In this document: piece after piece, positions 31,291 through 42,010 of the stretch
How the letters are laid out: the number at the start of each line of letters is the position of its first letter
How positions within the stretch are numbered: position 1 is the stretch's first letter
Origin: Obrimoposthia wandeli
Taxonomy: Eukaryota
Reading direction: 5' to 3'
Assembly: GCA_977020255.1 (NCBI GenBank)
Contig: CDROCS010000506.1
Span: forward strand, 248,001-312,000
Length of the DNA: 64,000 bases
Made by a program: the position numbers and the translations under genes
The notes under the pieces: model-generated
Told to the model about the DNA's origin: nothing
The model's input: the letters and a program-made list of their open reading frames with translations, nothing else
Database searches by the model: none

Positions 31291-32730
31291 ATGTTACGAA
31301 TTTACCTTTATAGCCTTACTCTCTGCTTTATTAGCATGACTGTTCATGCCGATGAACTAGCGTCTTTACAAGCACTCTTGCCTTCAGGCACTAACGTCGC
31401 ATATATGATTGGTCAGCCTTTCAGTGCCACCGAAGAAATAACCAACGACATCATCAGTCAACAGAATACCGAATTACTGCTCACGCCAGCTTCAACTCAA
31501 AAATTACTAACCGCATTGACGGCGAAGCTTTATCTTACCGATGAATATACCTTTAACACCAGTTTACATGGCAATATCAACAAACACAGCATTAGTCACA
31601 CTGAATTCAATTTTACTGGGGATCCGACCTTTACCCGAGATGATCTACGACACATGCTTAAGCAACTTAAAGCCCAAGGTGTATCTCGCATTAGTGGTGA
31701 TATCAGCCTTAACCAAAGCCGCTTTAATGGTTACAATTGGGGCAATGGCCAAGTCTGGAACGACCAAGCGGTTTGCTATGCAACGCAAGCATCAGCCTTA
31801 GTCATCAACGGTAATTGTGTACTGGGTAATCTAAAACGCTCTCCCGATCTTAAAAAAGCTACGATCTATATTCCTGATTACGAGCCGCTAAGCTTGATCA
31901 GTCAAGTCGATATCATGACCAAAGAGCAGCAACAAGCACAGTTCTGTGATTTAGAGGTAACACGTCACCCTGGTAATAATTACACCTTATTCGGCTGTAT
32001 AACGCCTTCTAAGCGTAATCTACCTTTGTCTTTTGCTATATCAGAACCTGCGACTTATTTTGCCGCGGTACTTAAAGCGGAATTAAGCCACGCCAAGATT
32101 CAATTTAGCGGTGATATTGTTGAAAACCAACAAACAGTAACCTCAACAATGGTGCTTAATCATCAGTCTGTGCCACTCGCCGCTATTATCACCAAAATGA
32201 TGAAAGAGTCAGATAATTTAATCGCCGACATTTTATTTAAAACAATTGGCGCAGAGTACTTTCAACAAGCTGGTAATTACCGTAACGGTGCTAAAGCCAT
32301 GCGTGAAATTCTGGCTGAAGCAGGTATTTTTCTCAACTCGAATGTCATTGCCGATGGTTCCGGTTTATCGCGTCATAACTTAGTCTCTACTGCAACGATG
32401 TTTAGTGTGCTTGAATATACGATCAAACATGATGACAAACTGCAGTTATTAACAACCATGCCGATAGCGGGTGTAGATGGTACATTACAATATCGTCGGG
32501 GTTTATTGAGTAAACAGCTAACAGGAAAAATTGTCGCAAAAACGGGCTCATTGAAAGGTTTATCTAACCTAGTCGGCATTGTAAAAACCCAAAAAAATCA
32601 CAAGGTGCCTTTTGTACTCATGGTCAGTGGTTACAATCCGCTACCACGTGATTCAGATAAACCGAGACAAGCCTCACCGTTAACGCAATATTTGGCCGCA
32701 TTTTTTAATACCATAGTGACTAAGCACTAA
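31291..32730 (+). CDS. dacB: D-Ala-D-Ala carboxypeptidase/endopeptidase PBP4
   Basis: PASTQK (SxxK), ESDN (SxN), KTGSL, DGSGLSRHN and GDPTF. Confidence 0.93.
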   Translation: MLRIYLYSLTLCFISMTVHADELASLQALLPSGTNVAYMIGQPFSATEEITNDIISQQNTELLLTPASTQKLLTALTAKLYLTDEYTFNTSLHGNINKHSISHTEFNFTGDPTFTRDDLRHMLKQLKAQGVSRISGDISLNQSRFNGYNWGNGQVWNDQAVCYATQASALVINGNCVLGNLKRSPDLKKATIYIPDYEPLSLISQVDIMTKEQQQAQFCDLEVTRHPGNNYTLFGCITPSKRNLPLSFAISEPATYFAAVLKAELSHAKIQFSGDIVENQQTVTSTMVLNHQSVPLAAIITKMMKESDNLIADILFKTIGAEYFQQAGNYRNGAKAMREILAEAGIFLNSNVIADGSGLSRHNLVSTATMFSVLEYTIKHDDKLQLLTTMPIAGVDGTLQYRRGLLSKQLTGKIVAKTGSLKGLSNLVGIVKTQKNHKVPFVLMVSGYNPLPRDSDKPRQASPLTQYLAAFFNTIVTKH

Positions 32731-32775
32731 TTATTGCTGAGCGAACACGAACAATAGTGACTAAATAGACGGTAA

Positions 32776-32826
32776 AAAAATGGCGAGCAACTAAACTTAT
32801 TATCTGTTTAGTTGCTCGCCATTTTT
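32776..32826. terminator. Bidirectional terminator between dacB and gsk
   Basis: 21-bp perfect stem AAAAATGGCGAGCAACTAAAC / GTTTAGTTGCTCGCCATTTTT. Confidence 0.85.
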
Positions 32827-32893
32827 GGTCTTTATACCAGAACATCAATTAGTCGTAGAGGATGACGCTAGCATCATTCACTAGACCAACTCA

Positions 32894-34195
32894 TTAGCTA
32901 GACCAGTAACCTTCATCCAACGAATCTTCACGCTCAGGCAAGCCTGTTAACAGACGTGGAGAGTGCTGTGCTAATACTTCATAACTTACACGGTTTGCAT
33001 ATTTACATAACTGTGAAAGCGAAGAGTAAGCCAGGCAATTGGCCGTGTGCTTATCTGAATTAGGCACGATATCACGGTGATAAGAGTTAGCTAACATATC
33101 ATGCAAGATTGCAGATAAAGCACCGTCACCGGCACCGTTAGTATTTTTGATTTCAACTGGACCGCCTAAGTATGGTGCAATGTGTGAATACATTTTTACC
33201 GGTTCAGTTGTATCAGCTAAACACATTGGGCGGCTGTATTCGTAACGGTTAAATTCAGCGATAGCACCAGGTAATAATTGGCCACTTGTTTCACGCTTGT
33301 TTTCTTCGTCCGTGTAACCAGCCATATAAAGACCTTCAGCACCTGCAGTACAAAGTACAAGATCACACCACTCTAATGTCGCATCTGCAGCAAGTAGTGG
33401 ATCAGCAAAGCCTGTTAACGCTTCACCTTCATCTTCATTCATTGCAATTACAGTCACGTATTCGTTAATGAAATCCTGCCACCACTTCTCATTACCTTCA
33501 ATAATGAAACGCGTACCTAGTGTAAGGATAATTGGAATATTAAGCAGTTTAGCTTGTTCGACCATGTGCATAGCCGCTTCTTTGATTGGATCATCATCTG
33601 CACAACGTAATAAGTAAGCAGAGATAAGTAACCCTGAGCTTTTCTGTAACTGATCAACAGGTAAATGCTCTTTGGTTAATTTATTCATTAAACCAGCATT
33701 GATACCAAAGCTACGATCACCATCCGCTGAGATAAAAGTAAAACAGCGACCAATTGGACCTTTAACAGGTTGCAAGTAATTAAGGTTCACCTTACTGCTG
33801 GTATTACATAAATATTGGTACGCATAACTGCCAATTTTAATTTGGTCACACATAGTACCAAATAGCAGTGACTGAGATTCAGACAAGATCGCGTAGTTAT
33901 GCAAAGTATTGGCAACTGTACCACCAGCGAATTCGCTGACGATAAGATCATTCTGTTTTAACTCTGTATAGATTTGCTCGGCGATGTCGTCACTGATCAT
34001 CAGTGATTCACCTTTTCTTAGACCAAAGCGAGTTAAAAAAGAATCTTCGACATGTGCTTCAATATCAACGAGTGTCTGATCAATACCGCATAATACAGGT
34101 TGAGCTACATTTGCAACGTTTGCTGGTTTGACAAATGGATTACCTGTATTTACAGGGAAATAATGCTTAGACTTACGTTGACCGGGAAATTTCAT
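32894..34195 (-). CDS. gsk: Inosine/guanosine kinase
   Basis: MKFPGQRKSKHYFPV, GIDQTLVDIEA and NTNGAGDGAL (ribokinase fold). Confidence 0.96.
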   Translation of the reverse strand: MKFPGQRKSKHYFPVNTGNPFVKPANVANVAQPVLCGIDQTLVDIEAHVEDSFLTRFGLRKGESLMISDDIAEQIYTELKQNDLIVSEFAGGTVANTLHNYAILSESQSLLFGTMCDQIKIGSYAYQYLCNTSSKVNLNYLQPVKGPIGRCFTFISADGDRSFGINAGLMNKLTKEHLPVDQLQKSSGLLISAYLLRCADDDPIKEAAMHMVEQAKLLNIPIILTLGTRFIIEGNEKWWQDFINEYVTVIAMNEDEGEALTGFADPLLAADATLEWCDLVLCTAGAEGLYMAGYTDEENKRETSGQLLPGAIAEFNRYEYSRPMCLADTTEPVKMYSHIAPYLGGPVEIKNTNGAGDGALSAILHDMLANSYHRDIVPNSDKHTANCLAYSSLSQLCKYANRVSYEVLAQHSPRLLTGLPEREDSLDEGYWSS

Positions 34196-34349
34196 ATTTG
34201 AACCAGCATGAGAAAATAAAGGGGGCTGATTTTACCAGTCTAATTCTGAAATACCAGTAAAACCAAATTAATGATCCAATTATTAACCATATTCTGGTCG
34301 TTCACCTAGATTTAACGAGAATAAATAGAATATAAAGGTAAAAAGTAAA

Positions 34350-34685
34350 TTAACCCTGCCTTATCCTTACGACAAAATCACCACCCATTTTACCCGGATC
34401 ACTGCCGCGAATAACAAAACTGCTGGTGACAAAATCAAATTTACACTCATGCCAAGCACACGTGAAGTTCATCATATAATCTATTTGGGTAAGGTCATCA
34501 CTTGGATCAAGACGAATAGTCCCTTCACAATAACCGGCAAGTACAAAACTGACGAGAGTCTCTACATTACACTGACGTAATGGACTGGCATATTCAACGA
34601 GGGCAAAAAAAGTGGCGTTACCGAAGTTATTGGTGGGTAAATCATGTGCAAGTAAATACTTGCGCATATCTTTATGCGTTATCAA
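34350..34685 (-). CDS. Hypothetical protein (111 aa)
   Basis: SD GGAGG upstream; no family recognised. Confidence 0.65.
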   Translation of the reverse strand: MITHKDMRKYLLAHDLPTNNFGNATFFALVEYASPLRQCNVETLVSFVLAGYCEGTIRLDPSDDLTQIDYMMNFTCAWHECKFDFVTSSFVIRGSDPGKMGGDFVVRIRQG

Positions 34686-34723
34686 ATTATCCTCCCTAAT
34701 TATCTTATGCCATCCTTGGCATT

Positions 34724-34754
34724 AAAGAGACTGTATTAAGATTACAGTCTCTTT
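34724..34754 (-). terminator. Terminator after the desaturase gene
   Basis: AAAGAGACTGTA-ttaagat-TACAGTCTCTTT. Confidence 0.75.
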
Positions 34755-34809
34755 CTAGCTTATATCGAGTAAAGTACTATCTAGTGAATCGCATCAAGTA
34801 AATACGAAT

Positions 34810-35967
34810 CTAGTGAGCAAAACTAAGCTGCATGTTATTCCATACTTTACGTTGTTCATGGAACGCTGCTTTAAGTTGAGTTAACTGTAATTTAGTATCA
34901 CGAATTTGTTGCTCAAATTGAATTTTATCAAATTTTGCATTCAGTGATTTTTTCTTCGATTCAAACAATACAACTTTAGCTTTATAAAAAGCGTTAAGTT
35001 TTTCACATAACACATCGTATTCTTGATTCAGGCGTAACATAACTTCTTCTGAATTAGGCAGGTGCTGCACTTTTTCCTGACGGCGTTTTAATTCCATCTT
35101 CAGTTTCGCTTGCTCAATTCTCGCTTCAGGTACGGTACGTAAATCAGTCGCTAAGTTGCACCAAGCTAATACGTTGATTAACCATTTTGTCGGATCATAC
35201 TGGTACCATTTAATGCCATTACGATAGTCGGTTTCAAAAATATGGTGATAGTTATGATAGCCTTCGCCATGGGTAAAGATAGCTAATAACGCATTATCAC
35301 GCGCGGTATTACGATCTGTATAAGGCTGTGTGCCCCACATGTGCGCCCATGAATTGATGAAGAATGTAAAGTGATGGCTTAATACTAAACGTGCTACGCC
35401 TAACAATAATAAACTCGCCCATACGTCGCCGTATAACAAACCGACTAAGATAGGCACACCCACATTCATAACCAATGCCAATACGTTATAGTATTTGTGC
35501 TGCCATACTGCGATACCATCTTTCTGTAAGTCACGCACATTAGTGTAATCGGTATAAATCATCGCATTATATTCACGCAACATCCAACCAATGTGTGAGA
35601 ACCAAAAGCCATGGCTTGCTGAGTACGGGTCTTTGTCATCATGATCGACATGTTTGTGATGACGACGGTGATCTGAGCTCCAATGAATAGCACTATTTTG
35701 TAATGCAAATGCTCCGCCTAATGCAAATATCAGGCGAACTGACCAATGGGCCTTGTAAGTACGGTGCGACCAAAGTCTATGGTAACCACCTGTAATAGAT
35801 AAACCGCACACGAAGATACCAATGATCATCGCAACGACTTCAAATGTTTCAAAACCATAAACATAGCCATACCAAGGCACTAAAGTTATAGCGGCAAGGA
35901 AGGTTGAAGCAAAAACGAATACGTTTAGCCAAATTAACGGTGGTTTTTCCATAATACGATCTTTCAT
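34810..35967 (-). CDS. Delta-9-type acyl-CoA/acyl-lipid fatty acid desaturase
   Basis: Three His boxes HRLWSH, HRRHH and HNYHH; GEGY; DPTKW; coiled-coil C-terminus. Confidence 0.92.
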   Translation of the reverse strand: MKDRIMEKPPLIWLNVFVFASTFLAAITLVPWYGYVYGFETFEVVAMIIGIFVCGLSITGGYHRLWSHRTYKAHWSVRLIFALGGAFALQNSAIHWSSDHRRHHKHVDHDDKDPYSASHGFWFSHIGWMLREYNAMIYTDYTNVRDLQKDGIAVWQHKYYNVLALVMNVGVPILVGLLYGDVWASLLLLGVARLVLSHHFTFFINSWAHMWGTQPYTDRNTARDNALLAIFTHGEGYHNYHHIFETDYRNGIKWYQYDPTKWLINVLAWCNLATDLRTVPEARIEQAKLKMELKRRQEKVQHLPNSEEVMLRLNQEYDVLCEKLNAFYKAKVVLFESKKKSLNAKFDKIQFEQQIRDTKLQLTQLKAAFHEQRKVWNNMQLSFAH

Positions 35968-36010
35968 AATACTATCTCTAAAGCCTGATGAAGTAGTTTC
36001 ATTGAATAAT

Positions 36011-36028
36011 AGCGCACAAGTGTAAGCT
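36011..36028. promoter_or_regulatory. FabR/DesT-type operator upstream of the desaturase
   Basis: AGCGCACAAGTGTAAGCT matches the palindrome AGCGTACACGTGTACGCT at 15/18; lies 44-61 bp upstream of the ATG. Confidence 0.8.
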
Positions 36029-36096
36029 GAGTTGTTAATGAATGCAAATCTATGTTACAAAAATAGCCACTTTGTCGACTATTTGATTTCCTTAAA

Positions 36097-36112
36097 TTTG
36101 ATCTACGGCACA
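36097..36112. promoter_or_regulatory. Weak CRP-like site
   Basis: TTTGA-tctacg-GCACA (8/10) upstream of the desaturase. Confidence 0.35.
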
Positions 36113-36122
36113 GGTCACGTTT

Positions 36123-37027
36123 TTAAATTTTCTGTGATTCCAATTGGATGTCTATCAGCGCAGCACGCCGAGGTCCAACAGTATCACCAATGGCGTCATT
36201 CACCATCGATTAACGTTCCACGCAGTCGGTTGATTACCCAACCACGCTTTCTTGCGCCACTGCTCGCGTGGCCCGCGCCTCGGTGTTGCTGCAATAAAGA
36301 TGGCTATTATTAACTGCAATGACACAAACTTAATACCTTTTTAATGCCAGCACAGGTATTTCTTCGCGCCGTAACGCAATGCTGGCATAAGTTTAATACG
36401 TTCATCAAACTGCATTGCTGCAGAAACCACATAAGGCGTACGATGATAAACACTGCCACCCCTTTATCGCAGAGATGCTTTACTTATCATTACCGTTTGT
36501 TCTCCAAGTAACATGCCCCAACCGGTTCCACACTTTATGGGGTATATTAACACAAAGGGTGATCAAACTTTGGAAGGATATGATACATTTGGCAACACGC
36601 TGCACATTCCCATGATAACCCAGCCATCCATATGCAGAGATGAATTGCCCTGTTCCATATTTAACTGCCCACCACTCCATGAAAAGTTCAATTTTGTCTG
36701 GTAGTTTTTCAAGTCAACTCTGTCAAGTGTAAAGCACGTCCGCCATGACAAGCGAAACTATTTTGCAGTTAGTAACCTCATCTCTGATCGAAACAGGGCA
36801 TGCTCTATCACACCACCAATGTTTCATCACAGACCATTTGTAACACGCTAGGTTGTGCCATGGTGCCAGTAATAACAAATAACCCCGCTTCATAACCTAA
36901 TAGCGCCGCTATCTTTTGTTCCAACCCTTGAATTAAATTACCTTCTCCAGAGCTGTCATGGTAATATGCCTTCACACCATAGCGCCACCGATAATATAAG
37001 CTTACATTGTGCGCGCGTAATGGTCAT
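36123..37027 (-). pseudogene. Low-specificity L-threonine aldolase / beta-eliminating lyase family pseudogene
   Basis: Fragments across shifting frames: MTITRAQCKLIL..ALWCE, GEGNLIQGLEQKIAAL, GYEAGLFVITGTMAQPSVL, HMDG..WECAA, GGNVYHRTPYVVSAAMQFDERIKLMPALLARTRE. Many frameshifts and stops. Confidence 0.75.
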
Positions 37028-37352
37028 TGCTATTCCGGCATTTTGGCAAAACCCAGCCATCAACATATTGACCAAGACAGCCTTACTCTTAGATAACTAT
37101 AATATACTGCAGTTATTATCACAGCAATAACAAAGCATTAATTAATTTACAATACGATTGGACCTTGTTGATCACGAACAACGCACTTTGCTTATTCGTA
37201 TGATGGATTTAATGCATGAGATCTCTCGCTGCTCAAATCATCGCCAGACAGATGCACCGAGACGATGATTATCACAAATAGTAAGATCGTCACAAATAGT
37301 AATAAGGATTATCACGCCAAATACATTGTTAGTTGCTTTTATGGAGCGAAAT

Positions 37353-38199
37353 ATGAAAATTGAAGATTTAACCTTATTCACAGTAGTGGTTAAACTGGGC
37401 AGTTTTACTGCCGCAGCAAATGCGTTAGACCTGCCAAGAGGAAACGTCAGTCGTCGAATCAGCGTCCTAGAAAAGCATTTAGGCGTGACGTTGTTTTTTC
37501 GTACCACACGACAGCTATCATTGACTCAGCATGGTGAAGCCTATCACCGCAAAATAATCATTGATGCAATAGAGCAAGCTGCCCAGCAAATATCAACAAA
37601 TTCAATTTAAAGGCAAAGCAGCAAAGTGACCATCCGCTACAAGAGATTATTTTTTCATTTCAAGATAAATACCCCGATATTGAGTTAGATATTCGCATCA
37701 TTAATAACGGTTTTTTGGACATGTATCCCCAAGGTTTAGATCTGGCGGTACATGCTGGTGAGTTATATAACAGTAATATCATTGCCAGAAAAGTATTCGA
37801 ATTTAAACAAATTTTAGTCGCCAGTCCTGACTACCTCGCACTGAACCATCATATTGATAAAATTCAAGATATTAAAAAGTGCACGTACTGTTCAATGGCA
37901 GTAGCAAATCAATGGTATTTGAATGATGAACATTTACAAATAGAAACTAAATTAACCAGTAACAGCATAGGTTTTGTTAAAAATTCTATTATTCACGGTC
38001 GTGGTACGGCTTTTTACCAAATGTTAATTGAGACAAAATTTGAAATGACCACTATTAATTCTATTTCTTACCCGATTACAGCTCTGCAAAAGAGGATGTG
38101 TGGTTGCTCTCACCTGAAAATAAAGGGGTTTCCGCTGCAACTCGATTGTTAATCGAGCATTTGTTAAGAGAAATGCCGAAACTAACCACATTGTACTGA
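37353..38199 (+). pseudogene. LysR-family regulator pseudogene
   Basis: Intact HTH MKIEDLTLFTVVVKLGSFTAAANALDLPRGNVSRRISVLEKHLGVTLFFRTTRQLSLT stops at 37610. The remainder (QGLDLAVHAG, ILVASPDYL, DVWLLSPENKGVSAATRLLIEHL) lies in other frames. Confidence 0.88.
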
Positions 38200-38284
38200 A
38201 TAATGAGACATTGTTTCTCACCTTTGCCAGCTTATCTTCAGCCTTAATATCGCTACACTGACTCCAAAATTCGAGGAGTCCGTG

Positions 38285-39341
38285 ATGAAAGAACAATTAG
38301 TAAGTGACTGAGTAATGTTAGTTGGCTGTAATCAAACCAATGCACAAAGACACCACGCTCCCATTGCGTTGTTGAGACGGTACGAGGTCAACTGGCACTC
38401 TTCTGCATTATGCCGCCAGCAATATGGCTGATTTCGGTCATTCCAGTGCCCGCACTATCCATGAGATATTGGTAAAAGAAGGACAAAACGTCTCGAAAGG
38501 ACAAGTCATAGCACGCTTAGATCCGCATGATTATAAAATATTGGTATTAGAAACTGAAGCACGTTTAAGCGAAGCACAAGCAGCACATGAATTAGCTAAA
38601 TCTGAGTACCTTCGTGTACAACAAGCGACCAAAGATAACGCAATTGCTAAAGTAAACCTTGATCGCGCATTAAGTGGCTACAAACGCAGTGCCGCGATGG
38701 TGAACGTGGTGCAACAAAATCTGACCAGAGCAAAAGACGCATTAAGTTATACCGCATTAAAAGCCCCCTTTAATGGCGTGATCGCAAGCCGAAAATTTGA
38801 CCAGTTTGAACAAGCGATTCCAGGCATAAGTGTTTTTACCTTACATCAACCAAATCAGCTGGAAGCCGTCATTGATGTACCTGAAAACTTAGTTCATTTA
38901 TTTAAAACAAACCAAACAGCTAATATCAGTTGGTACCAAGAAAATAAAACCTACAGTGCGTTATTAAAAGAGGTGGGAACCCAACCTCACCCCATTAAAC
39001 AAACCTACCGCGTTTCCTTTCAGCTTGATGCTATTGATGCGTCAGAAAAGTCCGTTTACCTACTCCCTGGTAAAGCCGTAAAAGTAACGGTTCCTTTTGC
39101 GTATTCAAGCAATACCTATTGCTTACCTTATTCCGCACTGATTGGCGAAAAAGGTGAACAGTCCGTGTTATTGGCGAATAGCAGCAACATTGAAATCAGA
39201 CACATAGAGGTGGCCTCGTTAACTGCCAATCAAGTCTGTATTAATGCAGGTCTCCTGACTGGCGATAAAGTTGTCGTGACCGGCGCTGATTACCTCAAAG
39301 ATGGTGATCTTGTTGGTCCACTACGTTTTGTTACTCAATAA
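38285..39341 (+). pseudogene. RND efflux periplasmic adaptor (MFP), N-terminus disrupted
   Basis: ATG 38285 with an in-frame TGA before lipobox LVGC, then a frameshift into a long intact frame (ILVKEGQNVSKGQVIARLD, ALKAPFNGVI, GDKVVVTG). Confidence 0.85.
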
Positions 39342-39350
39342 GAGGTTAAG

Positions 39351-42010
39351 ATGAATTTTGAATGACACGAACCGTTATTTTCTTTTACAATATTATACTG
39401 CCGGCGAGCTGGTCGGTTTTGAACTGCAACTTGAAGACCCCAGCGCTTACGGGGTGCGCGCTGTGTCAAAACATTACCTGTGCGCTTCTGCAGAAGAAGT
39501 CGAACATCAAAGAAAACCAAGTTTATGAAATGGTCAATGGGAACCACGTCACTATCTAAACCCGGTATGTCGATGCCGGCTCTGGACATTTTCCGGTTAA
39601 ACCCATTAATACAATTCGTTACCGCAAGAATGGGATTTGCTACGTCGTGCCCCATTTAAAACTGGGGTTACCTACGGCACAAATCATGCTTGTTCAGCAT
39701 TAATCGAAAGTCTATGGCATGTTACTTTCTGTTATGGGAAGACATATCTCCGTCGAGCTGCGTTTGTACGCAAAAAAGTTACAACGTCGCTTAAAAACCG
39801 TCGATGGTATAAAAAAAATTGAATTGCATGGTGTGCAAAACCAAGTGGTCAATATTGATATTACCGATGAACGATTAGCGGCTTACGGGTTGTCGACTCT
39901 GCAAGTACTAAATCAATTAAATAGCCAAAACATGATCTTTGACGCAGGTAGTATCGCGGCAGGGCATGAGCGTATTCGTATCAATCAAAGTAGTTCATTT
40001 CAATCACTGCAAGATATACAAAATTTCACCCTAAAAGGCGGCATCAGTACGACTCATTAGATTACGATGCAGCCGATGTTATATTAATTTGGTTATCAAC
40101 CAGTTATCTTGTTTGCTTATAACAAAATGCAGACATTAATGAGTCCTGTCAATGGTATTAATGTCGTTAGCTTAGGCGATGAAACATCATGGCCAGAATA
40201 TCAGTCTACCCTACCCGCTAAAGGAAATCAGTTGTTATTTTTAAACCAGATGAAGCAACCACGATAATCTGTCCAAATCTTTAGAAAAGTTAATTGTGGT
40301 GCTGGTGTTATGGATCTTCATGGGATTCAAGAGTGCGACGATTGTCGGCACTAGCTTGTTTTGTGATCATCCATCACCTTTAGTTGCATGTCTCATCATT
40401 GAGATCAAGAGTATCACCGGTACATTATTCTTGCCTACATGTTGCCGATACTATTTGATCACCGACATGTACATATCTAAAGTCAAAAGTGTATGAAAAA
40501 CCAGCCTACAGACTGTATCTCGCTAAGAAACAGCATTACCGTTATTAGGCAAATTACTGCGGACTGCAAGCAAGTATCCTGGTGTTGAGCCAAACTGATG
40601 CCGCTGAATTTGCTCATCTGTTTTTAGTATCATTCATGGGTTTGTTGTTATGATCATTACAATGCTTGTGTTGGTTGTGTTAAACCCAAAATTAATATCC
40701 TGCTGCCAGGAACTCATGCCGCCTGAGCCCGTTCTGTGGTGTTTCTTGATTATTGGCTGCCCAATGGTTCAAAAATAGAAGAAACATCACAAGACATGAA
40801 GCGCATTGAAACCTGGTTATTAGCGCAACCTGAAGCGGAGCGATTTGACTTGCGCGCGCCTTCTGATTTTGGCCTACGAACCTGAACCATTTGATCCCAG
40901 TTATGGTCAAATTGTCATTAATACTGTCGATTATGATGCGATTAAGCCATTAATTTGTTACAAGATGGCGGTTAAATGTCCAATTTCCAAGTTGAACTTG
41001 ATCCTGCCCACAAAAGTTAATTTCAAAGATAAACCAGTACAGCGCGCTTACAGGACCAAATCCTTATATGCCGTTGATCCAACAAGCACAACCATTTGAG
41101 CGATAACCCATACACCAAGTACGTACGTGATGATTGGCGTCAAACCAGTAAAGTATTGGTGCCGAATAATCGCCAGTCGCAGTGTATTAATCTGTACCGA
41201 TATTGCGACATGCCGGAAACGTCTACCCAGATGGCATGATATTAGGGGCTATGCAGCAAGGCGATGTACTTATTCCGTTGTTATTAAAAAGCCCCAACTA
41301 CACAGCACTGCTAAAAGATCATTACTCTATTCATTCTGCAGCCATAGTCAGGTGGATTGATGGCTCAACTCTACAAAACGAAGCATGATCATGATGATCA
41401 AAGCTGCCCACAAAAAGTCATCGCCATGTTTGATGAAGGATTCAACTGCCTTATGGTTACACCTTAGAATGCGGTGAACATTACATTTAAACACTGCCCA
41501 ATCATGGATCTTTATCACCACCTGAAAGCTGATTCTATGGCATCATTCCGCTTATGGCTTTTAAGCAGCCGGTAACATCTTTGACCAGCGAAACTGGCGC
41601 AAGTTTGAGTCTACTGTTATTCGATAAACCCTTCGGCTACATGGCGTTGATTGGTGCAGTGGCCTCGGCCCAGGCATAGATCAGAAAATGGCATTGTCTG
41701 TATGGATCAAATCGATAGGAGCGTGCTGCTAAAACATGATGCGATTAAAGAGGCAACATTAAACAGAAACCATATTATTTGTTAGTATTAACTTAACAGC
41801 TTTAGCATGATCCTGTCATCAGATAGATTTAATCAAATATAAACTATTATTATGGCCTGCTTCAGTAACCTTGTTGTCATCATTAGCAATGCCCAATGTA
41901 TAAATTGTTCTATAAAAATGAGCAACCAAATAGCAACATGAAGGTGGCACGGTCTCTACCCAACAACAATGTTTCACTCAACAATGAGTCCAACATGAAG
42001 GCTGAATCAA
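39351..42010 (+). pseudogene. RND efflux permease (AcrB/D/F family) pseudogene, heavily fragmented
   Basis: Fragments MNF..RTVIFF, EDPA, ASAEEVEHQ, ELRLYAKKLQRRLKTVDGIKKIELHGVQ, VLVLWIFMGFKSATIVG, ENGIV.MDQID, AIKEATLNR and MYKLFYK. About 2.6 kb versus roughly 3.1 kb for a typical permease. Confidence 0.85.

Noticed and set aside
36032-36751. Cluster of short ORFs (60-93 aa) on both strands as small genes
   Set aside because: They are fragments or antisense shadows of the threonine-aldolase pseudogene.
37030-37260. Small gene between the aldolase pseudogene and LysR
   Set aside because: Only a short hydrophobic stretch (CFVIAVIITAVYYSYLR) between stops; not enough to call a feature.
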